Assembly: GCA_040754455.1 (NCBI GenBank)
Contig: JBFMCP010000010.1
Span: 19,540 to 83,539, forward strand
Source of the DNA: Nitrospirota bacterium
GTDB lineage: Bacteria > Nitrospirota > Thermodesulfovibrionia > Thermodesulfovibrionales > Dissulfurispiraceae
Direction of reading: 5' to 3'
DNA length: 64,000 nucleotides
The notes under the pieces are model-generated. The model searched no databases and was not told the origin of the DNA. It saw nothing but the letters and a program-made list of their open reading frames with translations. This document shows, piece by piece, positions 36,239-45,949 of this stretch. A program made the translations under genes and the position numbers. Within the stretch, counting starts at the first letter, position 1; the number at the start of each line of letters is the position of its first letter.

Positions 36239-38884
36239 TTAATACCGGTTTAGCCGCCAGTCGTAGTGCTGATAGGTGATCTTCAGTTGCCCGGCCTTTT
36301 CCTCAAGAAACCTGCGGTCTTCCTCTTTATAAAGAAAAGGTGCGATGAATCTCAGCCGCTCTGCCGTATCCGCTCCGAAATCTTCGGCATACCATTTAAA
36401 GATGCGTGAGAGAGCGGCCTGGCCTTTTTTCTTATCGATGGTAATGCCGCCAGCGTTTAAGAACGTTCTGCCCGCAATGGTGAGCTCATAGTCCAGACCT
36501 TCCGGCGTATATACATCGATGGGCGGGCACGATGACGAGGCGCAGACGAGGGCAAAGTGTATACGGGGATCGATGGGCTCGATCGAGAGCCTGAGCCGTT
36601 TGTCATTTCTGCTGAAGGTTTTCCGGAGCTTGCGGGGAGGGCGCCGGTTGCCGCGGAGGATGCCGTGCTCGATATCGTCGGGACTGAAGAACATATCGTC
36701 GATCTGATACTGGATGCGTTTGAAAAAATCCCTCACCTCTTTCACCGAGTCCCGTATGCCGAGCTCGATGACGCCGTGAATGACGATGACGTTGTAGAGA
36801 TTGACCCAGAAAGCGATCCGCTCCTCCCTGCTTCCGAGTCCGCCGGGGTCCATACTTTTCAGGGCATAGCTCAGCTCTACGTACTCCTGGTATATCTTTG
36901 ACATGGCAACCCGCTCATATGCCACTCTCCCTGAAGTGGTGTCGAAGTATGCTCCCCTGAGGGTATTCATGCAGGTTTTGAGCCGCTGTGCAAGCCCCTG
37001 CGGCGGTATATATTCGCGGGGGGCTCCATCGTTGAGCAGCACAGTGCCCAGGACAGGGAGCTTTTTCCGGAGGGCTTTCCTCTTCTGATCCGCTGCAAGG
37101 GCCTCTTTCGCCTGGAGGAGGGCGATGACACTGTTGATATATCCTATATGAGTGAAGGCCTGGGGAACATTGCCAAGGGACTCTCTCCATTGGAGATTGT
37201 ACTCCTCGGAAAAAATGCCGAGGTGGTTTGCGATACCCTCCATTTTGTGCAGGAGCCGCTCCGCCTCTTCGAATCTCCTCTGGCCTATGAGATTGTCAAT
37301 CAGCCAGAAGGTGCAGAGGAGAAAGTTCCCTTCCTCTCCTGGTAGATGATTGTCCGCTTTATAACGGTAGAGAAGGTCATCGCGGCTCAATTCCCGTATG
37401 GTCGCCTCGACGGTGCTGATAACGCGGGGGTCATCGAAGGGAAGAAATCCCAGCACCGGAATCAAAAGATTGCTTGCATCGAGGGAATCTGTCTCATAGT
37501 GCTGCACAAAGGCCCTCTTCTGTCTGCTCCAACCACTTATAAGAATCTCCTCCCGTATTTTCTCCCGGGCCTGTTCCCATTTCTCCCTGTCCACAGGAAA
37601 ACCGTATCGATGGGCTATCGTCAGTCCCCTGTCCAGGGCGAGCCAGCACATTACCTTAGAATACACGAAGTGATACGGACCGCCCCGCACTTCCCATATC
37701 CCCGAGTCCCGCTCCTTCCAATGCTCGGCTGCATTGTCGCAGACATTGCATAACAAAGGCCAGAGCTCATAGTCTACTTTGCCGACGTAATCCGAGAGCC
37801 TGAGCGCTGCATCCATGATCTCTCCGTAGATATCGAGCTGCATTTGTCCTGCAGCAGCATTGCCGATGCGCACCGGCTTCGATCCCTTGTATCCATCAAG
37901 ATGAGCAAGCTCCACTTCAGGACGAACCGGTTCTCCATGCAGTCCGTACATGATCTGCAGATTGGCTGCACCGTGTTCGGAGAGCAGCCGTTTGATCCAT
38001 CGGAAATAACCCTCCATCTCCGAGAGGTGGCCGAGGTTGAAGAGCGCCTGCAGCGTGAATGCCGTGTCCCTTACCCAGGTGTAGCGGTAGTCCCAGTTCC
38101 GTATGCCTCCGATTACTTCGGGAAGGGAGGTAGTAGCAGCAGCGGTAATAGTGCCGGCGGGATGGTAATAGAGGAGTTTGAGGATGAGTGCCGAGCGCTC
38201 GACCATAGCACGATAAGGGCCGAGGTCGATCGTGCGTCCTGTCTCGCTCGTTTCGAGCCAGTCCTTCCAGTATGACACGGTTGCCTGCAATACCTCTTCA
38301 GCTCGTCCGCTGGCCAAGCCTATAGGATGCTCTGTGCCGTAGGCTACCTGCATCCAGATGCTGTCGCCCTCAGCCATATCCCACATTGCCTGCGCTATAG
38401 TATCTTCAATGACAAGATCACGGCTGCAAGAAAGGACCATGTCCTCGCCGTCACCTTTTGCTAGTACACCGCCGGGTACGCGCTCCAGCAACGTTTCGGT
38501 ACGCGCATAATTGAACCGCGGCTCAAAGTGAACGGCAACAGTCAGACTGCCGCTGAGGATATTGACGCAGCGGTAGAGCTCATGCCGCTCTTCTCTTTGA
38601 GAGAGATCGACCGGCATGAAATCGATCACCCGCATGCTGCCGGTCCTCGTCCTGAATTTCGTTATGAGGACATTGGTGCCCGGTATATATTCCGCCGTTG
38701 AATCATATTCACCGTAAGGGGTGATTGAAAAGCGCCCGCCCTTCTTGTCATCGAGCAGCGCACCGAAGACGCTGGGAGAATCGATATGTGGCATGCAGAG
38801 CCAGTCGATCGAGCCGTCCAGACCGATGAGTGCGACCGAGTGCAGGTTGCCGATAACGCCATAGTCGCTGATTTTCTTGTACAT
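36239..38884 (-). CDS. GH15 glycoside hydrolase (trehalase-like) fused to a C-terminal DUF547 domain
   Basis: GH15: TTSLPE..RNWDYRYTWVRD, QLDIYGE, GIWEVRG, GNVPQAFTH; DUF547: AFWVNLYN, DIEHGILR, DPRIHFALVCASSSCP. Confidence 0.88.
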   Translation of the reverse strand: MYKKISDYGVIGNLHSVALIGLDGSIDWLCMPHIDSPSVFGALLDDKKGGRFSITPYGEYDSTAEYIPGTNVLITKFRTRTGSMRVIDFMPVDLSQREERHELYRCVNILSGSLTVAVHFEPRFNYARTETLLERVPGGVLAKGDGEDMVLSCSRDLVIEDTIAQAMWDMAEGDSIWMQVAYGTEHPIGLASGRAEEVLQATVSYWKDWLETSETGRTIDLGPYRAMVERSALILKLLYYHPAGTITAAATTSLPEVIGGIRNWDYRYTWVRDTAFTLQALFNLGHLSEMEGYFRWIKRLLSEHGAANLQIMYGLHGEPVRPEVELAHLDGYKGSKPVRIGNAAAGQMQLDIYGEIMDAALRLSDYVGKVDYELWPLLCNVCDNAAEHWKERDSGIWEVRGGPYHFVYSKVMCWLALDRGLTIAHRYGFPVDREKWEQAREKIREEILISGWSRQKRAFVQHYETDSLDASNLLIPVLGFLPFDDPRVISTVEATIRELSRDDLLYRYKADNHLPGEEGNFLLCTFWLIDNLIGQRRFEEAERLLHKMEGIANHLGIFSEEYNLQWRESLGNVPQAFTHIGYINSVIALLQAKEALAADQKRKALRKKLPVLGTVLLNDGAPREYIPPQGLAQRLKTCMNTLRGAYFDTTSGRVAYERVAMSKIYQEYVELSYALKSMDPGGLGSREERIAFWVNLYNVIVIHGVIELGIRDSVKEVRDFFKRIQYQIDDMFFSPDDIEHGILRGNRRPPRKLRKTFSRNDKRLRLSIEPIDPRIHFALVCASSSCPPIDVYTPEGLDYELTIAGRTFLNAGGITIDKKKGQAALSRIFKWYAEDFGADTAERLRFIAPFLYKEEDRRFLEEKAGQLKITYQHYDWRLNRY

Positions 38885-38976
38885 CGTTTACTCCCGGGAT
38901 ATCGAGCAGGAATACTCGAAGCTCGCGAACGTTCTGGAGGGCAAGGCAGGGAAGCAGGCATGGTTGATGCCGCCGG

Positions 38977-40431
38977 TTATCCGCACGCCCTCCCTTTGAG
39001 ACTGAAAAAGAGCTTAAGTCCTTTTTTTACCTTGTCGGAGAAAATTTTCGTCGACAGAAAATTCCCCGCGACCCTTTTGTTGATCTCACCGAGGGTTGGA
39101 TAGGGATGTATAGCCGAGACAAGGGATGAGAATTTGACCTTTCCATTCATCACGGCAACCCATTCGCTGACCAGCTCCCCTGCATGTGGACCGAATATCT
39201 GAACACCAATGGGTTTTCCCTTCTTATCGAGGAGCATTTTGATCCTCCCCACCTCTTCGCCCTCTGCAAGGCTCCGGTCATTCGCCCTGAACTCTTCGGT
39301 CCAGACGGAGTATTCAATGCCTGCCTTTTTGGCCATTGTCTCGTTCATACCGATATTTGCCAATTCGGGATCGGTATAGGTGCACCACGGTAAATAGGTG
39401 AAATCAGCCTTTCTGGGAAGATGGAAAATGGCGTTGCTGACGACGATACTTCCCTCGTAGCCGGCGGCATGGGTAAACAGGTATTTTCCATTAACGTCGC
39501 CGATCGCATAAATGTGCTTGTGGTTTGTCCTCATCCGGTCATCAGTCTTGATGCCTTTTTTGTCGAAATCCACGCCGATTTCTTTCAGGCCCAAGCCTTC
39601 CACATTTGCGTCTCTTCCTGTCGCGACAAGGATGGTTTCTGCCCTGAGCGTAACCGTAGCGCCTTCGGCGGTGGTGATGACGACCTCCCGCTCGCTGCCC
39701 AGATCACGTGTGCTCTCAATCGATGTCTTCAGATAAAAGGTTACGCCTTCACTGCGTAAAACATTCATCACCATATCCGCCATATCCTTATCTTCCTTGT
39801 GGAGAATCTGGTCGGGGCGCTGAATGACCGTAACCTTTGTCCCGAGGCGAGTAAAGGCCTGTGCCATCTCGGTGCCGATAGGACCGCCGCCGAAAATAAT
39901 CATCGACTTCGGGAGCCTTTGGAGAGAGAATATCTGCCTGTTGGTGATAAAAGGAGTTTTGTCCAGTCCCTTTATCGGCGGAATCGAGGGTGAGGAGCCC
40001 GTTGCAATGACCCAGTTCTTTGCTGAGTATATCTTTCCGTTCAGGCGAAGGGAATGCTCATCGATGAAGGTCGATGTTCCGAATTCCACCTGGGCGCCGA
40101 GTTTGCAGAACCTTTCTGCGGAATCATGTTTTTGAATAATGCCTATGACATACTGGATTCTTTTTGCCACATCGGTAAAGTCGACCGGCGGCAGCTCGAC
40201 TGCCGGAAGTCCGAAGTCACCCGCTCTTTGCATCAGATGCCGCACGCGGGAGGTCATGATGAGCGTCTTGCTCGGGACGCATCCATAATGCAGGCAGTCA
40301 CCGCCGAGACGGCCCTCTTTGTCAATGTCAATAAGGAGAGTTTTTGCCCCCAGTTGGGCCGCACCTGCCGCAACGGTCAGGCCGCCGGAGCCTCCTCCCA
40401 GGATACCGATATCAAAATCATAGCCAGCCAT
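38977..40431 (-). CDS. Pyridine nucleotide-disulfide oxidoreductase (dihydrolipoamide dehydrogenase / MerA-like family)
   Basis: GGGSGG, GGDCLHYGCVPSK, GGGPIGTE, IHPYPT; no MerA C-terminal Cys-Cys. Confidence 0.88.
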   Translation of the reverse strand: MAGYDFDIGILGGGSGGLTVAAGAAQLGAKTLLIDIDKEGRLGGDCLHYGCVPSKTLIMTSRVRHLMQRAGDFGLPAVELPPVDFTDVAKRIQYVIGIIQKHDSAERFCKLGAQVEFGTSTFIDEHSLRLNGKIYSAKNWVIATGSSPSIPPIKGLDKTPFITNRQIFSLQRLPKSMIIFGGGPIGTEMAQAFTRLGTKVTVIQRPDQILHKEDKDMADMVMNVLRSEGVTFYLKTSIESTRDLGSEREVVITTAEGATVTLRAETILVATGRDANVEGLGLKEIGVDFDKKGIKTDDRMRTNHKHIYAIGDVNGKYLFTHAAGYEGSIVVSNAIFHLPRKADFTYLPWCTYTDPELANIGMNETMAKKAGIEYSVWTEEFRANDRSLAEGEEVGRIKMLLDKKGKPIGVQIFGPHAGELVSEWVAVMNGKVKFSSLVSAIHPYPTLGEINKRVAGNFLSTKIFSDKVKKGLKLFFSLKGRACG

Positions 40432-40595
40432 GACCCCCTCCCAGCTGCAGCAGAGTATATGACAACTTTATCAAATATTTCTTTAAGACGCTATGCGGAC
40501 AACCGGAGAGGGCAAAATACGTATGAAATACAAGATCAAGGAATACACCGGATACGGGCGGGCTATAGGGAGCCGGATATGAGGCGCTGCCGCTG

Positions 40596-42017
40596 CTAAT
40601 CACGTTTTGGTAAGCCGTTGCTGTTGAGCTTTCTGCGGAGCGTGCGCAGGCTGATACCGAGCAGTTTGGCGGCCTGAGTGCGATTGCCGTTGGTATGCCG
40701 TAATGTCTCTTTGATAAGAAGGTCCTCGACGTGGCTGAGAGGGGTGCCAAGGTGAACAAGAACCCCTTTGTCGTGCTGTTCATGGGCGCGCCGCAGAGCG
40801 ACCTGGTCCTGCTCCAGATAGGGGAGGATGTGCATCGGGAAGACCCGTTTTGTATCAGGCGGAAGGAGTGTTGCGACGCGGGTCATGATATTTCTGAGCT
40901 CGCGCACGTTCCCTTTCCAGGGATACTGCTCGAGCAGATAAATGGTCTCCGAGGAGAGCGTGGGAAACGGAGGGACCCGGCCCATTTCAGTGAAGGCCCG
41001 CTCAAGGAAATGCAGTGCCAGCAGCGGAATGTCTTCGGGGCGTTCGCGAAGCGGCGGCAGGGTGATGCGGAGGACATTCAGCCGGTAGTAGAGGTCCTCG
41101 CGGAAGAGGCCGTCCCGCACCGCTTTTTCGAGATCTATTCTCGTTGCTGCGATGACGCGCACGTTGACGGGGATAGGATGCTCGCTGCCGATGCGGTAGA
41201 TCTTCTTGTCCTCGAGCACGCGCAGTAAACGTACCTGCAGATTCAGAGGCATATCGCCGATCTCATCCAGAAAGAGTGTGCCGTTGTGGGCGGACTCGAA
41301 TTTCCCTTTTCGTGTCCGGTGCGCCCCGGTAAACGCTCCCTTCTCGTGGCCGAAGAGCTCTCCTTCGATCAGGCTCTCCGGAATGGCGCCGCAATTAATA
41401 GGGACAAAGGGGCCGTCGGAGCGGGTACTCAGGACATGGATGGCACGTGCCACCAGCTCTTTGCCGGTGCCGGTCTCGCCCGATATAAGCACGTTCTGGC
41501 CGGAGGCTGCCATTTCGGGGAGCTTCGCAAGGGCGTGCCGCATGGCTGAAGAGCGGAAGAGGAAGTAGGGTTTCACCTTCGCAACCAGCGGCTCGACAAC
41601 GGACAGCGAGGTGCTGAGAGATCGGGGCCTGCCGAAACTTGTTTCGATCATATGGGCGAGCCGCACTGCATCAAGGGGCTTTGCGAGGTAATCATCGACA
41701 ACGAGCCGCACCGATTCGTCGGAGGCCTCTACCACATCGTAGTCCTGGTCGGTGAGTAGGTAAAAAAGGGTGTCGGGATGGAGCGCTTTGTACTGCCTTA
41801 CAAGGGTGATGCACTGTTCATCAGCCAGGCTCAGGGCGGCAAGGACCGCATGCACGCGCTCTCCAGAAAGCACGCGAGCAGCAGCTTCAACCGAAGCAGC
41901 GGTACGCAGGCGCGCTCCGAAGGTTTCGAGCGCCTGCGCAACAGCGCTCGATGATGAGGGATCATCATCCAGAACGAGCAGCGTCAGGCCGGTGAGGTCG
42001 GGATTCTTGCTCTCCAT
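40596..42017 (-). CDS. sigma54-dependent activator (NtrC-like) with an atypical receiver domain
   Basis: [37 protein letters not shown], Fis HTH. Confidence 0.92.
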   Translation of the reverse strand: MESKNPDLTGLTLLVLDDDPSSSSAVAQALETFGARLRTAASVEAAARVLSGERVHAVLAALSLADEQCITLVRQYKALHPDTLFYLLTDQDYDVVEASDESVRLVVDDYLAKPLDAVRLAHMIETSFGRPRSLSTSLSVVEPLVAKVKPYFLFRSSAMRHALAKLPEMAASGQNVLISGETGTGKELVARAIHVLSTRSDGPFVPINCGAIPESLIEGELFGHEKGAFTGAHRTRKGKFESAHNGTLFLDEIGDMPLNLQVRLLRVLEDKKIYRIGSEHPIPVNVRVIAATRIDLEKAVRDGLFREDLYYRLNVLRITLPPLRERPEDIPLLALHFLERAFTEMGRVPPFPTLSSETIYLLEQYPWKGNVRELRNIMTRVATLLPPDTKRVFPMHILPYLEQDQVALRRAHEQHDKGVLVHLGTPLSHVEDLLIKETLRHTNGNRTQAAKLLGISLRTLRRKLNSNGLPKRD

Positions 42018-42113
42018 ATCCGTTTCATTATAAAAAACTTTTCTTCTTACCGGCAAATCCGGAAATGTGCGTATGCATCCGGAGCGGGAATGAGGGCAAG
42101 CGATAATTACTGT

Positions 42114-42497
42114 TTACGTGCTGCAGGTCGTTGTTCCGCTGTCCAGAGCATTTTTGACAACGGCTTTGAGCTGGGCGAGGTCGAAGGGCTTGGCGATAAT
42201 GCCGCAGGCATACTTTTCAATGGACTGTCGCAGCGCAGCATCCAGCTCGCTTCCTGTCATAATGAGGATTTTAGTTTGTGGGGAGAGGGTCCTGATCTGC
42301 TTCATAATCTCCAGGCCGTTTGCATCGGAGAGGTGAATGTCGAGCAGGCAGAGGTCGTACGGAAGACTGCTGACTGCGGAAAGGGCGCCCTCTCCGGTCG
42401 ATACGGCTTTGACGGTTATGTGGTTGCTCTGCAGCGACCGTGCGAGAGCAAAGCGGATCAGCGACTCATCATCGACTATCAGAATATGCTTGCTCAT
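42114..42497 (-). CDS. Single-domain response regulator receiver protein
   Basis: ILIVDDE, DLCLLD, IMTGS, AKPFD. Confidence 0.88.
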   Translation of the reverse strand: MSKHILIVDDESLIRFALARSLQSNHITVKAVSTGEGALSAVSSLPYDLCLLDIHLSDANGLEIMKQIRTLSPQTKILIMTGSELDAALRQSIEKYACGIIAKPFDLAQLKAVVKNALDSGTTTCST

Positions 42498-42697
42498 AAA
42501 CCTACGTTATTGTACCTGAAACAGGCAAAAATGGAGTAATGAGTATTCATCCCCTTCTTGTTGACCTTTTGATGTGCGAGCGATAGAATATCATTCGAGG
42601 TAAGGGGGACTTGTAAGTTGTGCGTTCATGACGAGCGGAGGGAAGAGAACTTGCCCCTGCTGCATGAGTACCATAGGATGGTGTCAAAAGAGAGGGA

Positions 42698-43612
42698 ATG
42701 ACCATGGGAATTATTGATTGCATCGGTAACACGCCGCTGGTGCGCATAGAGCATATGAACCCCAATCCTCGCGTAACGCTCTTTGCGAAGCTCGAAGGCA
42801 ACAACCCCGGGGGCTCGGTAAAAGACCGTATCGCGCTCTACATGATCGAGCAGGCTGAACGGAAAGGCGTGCTGACAAGGGACAAGATCATCCTCGAGGC
42901 GACCTCCGGCAATACCGGAATAGGGCTTGCCATGGTTGCCGCAGCAAAAAAATACCGGGTAAAGCTTACGATGCCTGCCTGTGTCAGTGTCGAAAGGAGA
43001 AAGGTGCTCGAGGCCTTCGGTGCGGAGCTCATCCTGAGTCCGTCCGACGAGGGCACTGACGGCGCTATACGCCTCGCGCACAGGATAATGGCGGAGGACC
43101 CTGACCTTTATTACATGCCAAACCAGTTCGATAACCCTGCAAACATTCTGGCACATTATGAAACGACCGGAAAGGAAATATGGTCTCAGACGGAAGGAAA
43201 GGTTACGCATTTTGTAGCGGGAATGGGGACCTCGGGGACTCTCATGGGAGTAGGGAGAAGACTTAAGGAGTGCAATCCCGGGGTGACGATCGTCGGTGCG
43301 GAACCGGTCAAGGGACACAGGATACAGGGGTTGAAGAATATGACCGAATCGATCGTGCCGAAAATATTCGACCCCCTCACGCTCGATGAGCGCTACATTG
43401 TCAACGATGAAGAAGCGTTCGATGCAACGAGAATGCTGGCGGTCAAAGAGGGGATATTTGTCGGCATGTCGAGCGGCGCAGCGATGCATGTCGCGCAGAT
43501 GCGGTCGAGCGAGCTCAAGGAAGGAACTATTGTGGTCTTGTTCCCCGACCGGGGAGACCGGTATCTCTCGACCGCACTTTTCACGTCGGTCTGCGGAAAG
43601 TGTCCTCCGTAA
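42698..43612 (+). CDS. cysM: Cysteine synthase (CysM/CysK family)
   Basis: IGNTPLV, KLEGNNPGGSVKDR, EATSGNTG, GMGTSGT, PDRGDRYLST. Confidence 0.9.
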   Translation: MTMGIIDCIGNTPLVRIEHMNPNPRVTLFAKLEGNNPGGSVKDRIALYMIEQAERKGVLTRDKIILEATSGNTGIGLAMVAAAKKYRVKLTMPACVSVERRKVLEAFGAELILSPSDEGTDGAIRLAHRIMAEDPDLYYMPNQFDNPANILAHYETTGKEIWSQTEGKVTHFVAGMGTSGTLMGVGRRLKECNPGVTIVGAEPVKGHRIQGLKNMTESIVPKIFDPLTLDERYIVNDEEAFDATRMLAVKEGIFVGMSSGAAMHVAQMRSSELKEGTIVVLFPDRGDRYLSTALFTSVCGKCPP

Positions 43613-43832
43613 ATGAGCCCGAAACTGTCTCCTAAATAGCGGATGTTGAGGTGATGACAATGAAAAAAAGCAAAGAGCAAAATAAAAATCAAGGAACTTC
43701 TTATTTTTGAAATTTTCTCTTTTCTCTCTTTCCGGCCCCACCCTGGCCTTTACCTATTCTCTCTATGCCGGCACACATTGTTGTTGACACCTTCATTATT
43801 CTATGTTAAGGGTTAAATAGAGACAGCGACAG

Positions 43833-43914
43833 TGCCGATAAGGCCAAACCCTTTGTGAGGAGGGGGCGGAAAACATCGAATTCCGAAGGTATCCGGGATA
43901 GCCGGGCTGCCGGA
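43833..43914 (+). ncRNA. Cyclic di-GMP-I (GEMM) riboswitch aptamer
   Basis: AGGCCAAACCC-TTT-GTGA-GGAGGG-GGCGGAAAA...GATAGCCGGGCTGCCG: GNRA-capped P2, compensatory C-G pair in place of the usual G-C, conserved 3' strand; P3 base imperfect; TTGACA upstream at 43784. Confidence 0.72.
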
Positions 43915-43945
43915 GGATTCATCTTTTGCAGGCTCGGCTTTTTAT
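43900..43945 (+). terminator. Intrinsic terminator (expression platform) overlapping the aptamer 3' strand
   Basis: AGCCGGGCTGC pairs with GCAGGCTCGGCT, followed by TTTTTATT. Confidence 0.7.
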
Positions 43946-43977
43946 TGGTGCATGATCGGGTGTTCTATCAGGGATCC

Positions 43978-44126
43978 AGGGGCAAGACATAGTCGTTTCA
44001 CGAAAAATCCCGCCCTTAAAAGTCTCTCAGCTTTTCAGGGACCCTGATTCTTGGCCGGCATCCATGTCGGCCCGGGGCAGTGCCTTCACGGCACATGAGT
44101 TTGCTCAGGCGCTATGTCTTGCCTCT
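43978..44126 (+). ncRNA. Unassigned highly structured element (candidate ncRNA or MITE)
   Basis: 15-bp closing stem enclosing 4-5 hairpins; G.U pairs favour the + strand. Confidence 0.4.
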
Positions 44127-44202
44127 TTAACGTAATCTGTTGAAATGACCCGATGTTTGCCAATAATTGCGGAATGACGTGGAGTGCCTGGCAGGCTGTC
44201 TT

Positions 44203-44234
44203 AAAAAGGGCAGGTGCGATCCCGCACCTGCCCT
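44203..44234 (-). terminator. Intrinsic terminator of the cold-shock gene
   Basis: AGGGCAGGTGCG-ATCC-CGCACCTGCCCT perfect 12-bp hairpin with a T-run on the minus strand. Confidence 0.85.
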
Positions 44235-44241
44235 CGTGTCG

Positions 44242-44442
44242 TTATGCCTTTACGACATTTGCAGCTTTCGGGCCTTTTGGGCCTTCGATGATTTCGAAGC
44301 TCACTGCCTGACCTTCGGAAAGGGACTTGAATCCGTTTTCCTGGATGGCGGAATAGTGGACGAACACATCGCTGCCGTTTTCACTGGTGATGAAACCGTA
44401 GCCCTTGGATTCGTTGAACCATTTTACTGTTCCAGTGGTCAT
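44242..44442 (-). CDS. cspA: Cold-shock protein
   Basis: [46 protein letters not shown]. Confidence 0.95.
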   Translation of the reverse strand: MTTGTVKWFNESKGYGFITSENGSDVFVHYSAIQENGFKSLSEGQAVSFEIIEGPKGPKAANVVKA

Positions 44443-44568
44443 GTTGCTACACCTCCTTGCTTGCAAACTGAAGTAACGTGCTGTATCCGTTGAATGTATT
44501 CGAGATCGAATAGGAACTTTGAGTCATACTGATCAAAGTATTGCATAAAAAAAGGAGGTGGTCAAGAA

Positions 44569-45888
44569 CTATTGTGAGGAAATGATAATGATCTGGATAT
44601 CCATCACGTTCGTACCGGTGGGGCCGATAATAAAGAGCCCCCCATTTTTTTCGAAGAATGTATAAGAATCGTTGTTGCGCAGGTACGCTTCAGGGTCGAT
44701 ACCGAGGGCTTGTGCCCGCATGATGGTTGTGCCATCAACGATGGCTCCCGCAGCATCGGTTGGTCCGTCGGTTCCGTCGGTTCCTGCAGAGAGAAGGGTG
44801 ATGTCCGGCTCACCGACAATCTCCATGGCAAAGGCGAGGGCGAGCTCCATGTTTCTCCCGCCGCGGCCGCTTCCCCTTACTTTAACGGTCGTCTCTCCGC
44901 CCGCGAGAAGGCACAGCGGACGGTAAGCGCGGGGGAATACTTTGAGCTCACGCACCTTCTGAGCGAGAGCTCTCCCCACCTCAGCAGCATCACCGGTAAG
45001 GTCCGCCGAGAGTATCTCGACGCCGAATCCCGATGCTTCGGCCTTGAGACGTGCGCCTTCCAGTGCCTTTCTGTTATTTCCTATGATGACGTTCTCAACT
45101 CTCTCGAAGATCTTATCGCCCTGCTTTGGCGTCTCGGGCCAGTATCCCGCAGCGCCCCGGTAGATCACCTCGAGCACCGATTGGGGCGTTTTTTCCATGA
45201 GCATGTACTTGTTGAGCGTCGCCAGTGCGTCATCAAAGGTCGTGGGGTCGGGTGCGGTAGGACCCGAGGCAATGACGTCCGGCTTATCGCCGACGACATC
45301 GGAAAGGATTAAAGAGACGGTGCGGGCCGGATAGGCAAGTTCTGCGAGACGCCCTCCCTTGACGCGGGAGATGTGCTTCCTCACTGCATTGAGCTCATCG
45401 ATCGCAGCGCCGCCCCTGAGCAGCAGATCGGTAACCTTCTGTTTCTCATCGAGCCGTATACCATCATAGGGGGCGACACAAAGGGCGGACCCACCTCCCG
45501 AGATAAGACAGACCACCAGCGTGGCTTCGTCCGCCTTGCTCAGGAGCTGCAGCATCCTCTCTGTTGCCTTTATCCCGTTTTCGTCAGGCACAGGATGTCC
45601 TGCCTCAAAGCGCTCTATTTTCCTTTTCTCGCTGAATGGTATGCAGTGGCCGTACTTCGTGATACTTATCCCGTTCTCGATCAACTCAGGAAGTCCGTCC
45701 TCAAGTGCCGTCGTCATCTGACACGCCGATTTGCCGATGCTGAGGACGAAGAGTTTCTTGAGCGAGTATCTCCAATAGAGATCACGGATGGTTTCGATGT
45801 GGGGCTGCACCAGCCGGTAGGGATCGACTGCCTGCACTGCGGCGGTGAATATACTGGCCACCACCTCTCTGAGCATCACAGTCCTCAT
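44569..45888 (-). CDS. Glycerate kinase (MOFRL / TtuD class II)
   Basis: AGHPVPD, LISGGGSAL, RKHISRVKGGRLA, GGETTV..GRGGRN, GTDGTDGPTDAAG, PTGTNVMD. Confidence 0.92.
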   Translation of the reverse strand: MRTVMLREVVASIFTAAVQAVDPYRLVQPHIETIRDLYWRYSLKKLFVLSIGKSACQMTTALEDGLPELIENGISITKYGHCIPFSEKRKIERFEAGHPVPDENGIKATERMLQLLSKADEATLVVCLISGGGSALCVAPYDGIRLDEKQKVTDLLLRGGAAIDELNAVRKHISRVKGGRLAELAYPARTVSLILSDVVGDKPDVIASGPTAPDPTTFDDALATLNKYMLMEKTPQSVLEVIYRGAAGYWPETPKQGDKIFERVENVIIGNNRKALEGARLKAEASGFGVEILSADLTGDAAEVGRALAQKVRELKVFPRAYRPLCLLAGGETTVKVRGSGRGGRNMELALAFAMEIVGEPDITLLSAGTDGTDGPTDAAGAIVDGTTIMRAQALGIDPEAYLRNNDSYTFFEKNGGLFIIGPTGTNVMDIQIIIISSQ

Positions 45889-45949
45889 AGATCAATTATA
45901 CCCGGCCTCGTTTTGTTGCACAAATTTATTATTCTGATATACTTGTAGT

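Noticed and set aside
38977..40431. Mercuric reductase (merA) call
   Set aside because: No C-terminal Cys-Cys pair, no N-terminal metal-binding domain and no mer genes nearby.
43660..43732. A-rich then T-rich stretch after cysM, possibly another heptamer IR element or terminator
   Set aside because: Too degenerate and low in complexity to assign.
44053..44100. GGCCGGCAT start resembling an HDV-like ribozyme
   Set aside because: No P2/P3 nested pseudoknot elements; it forms a simple hairpin.
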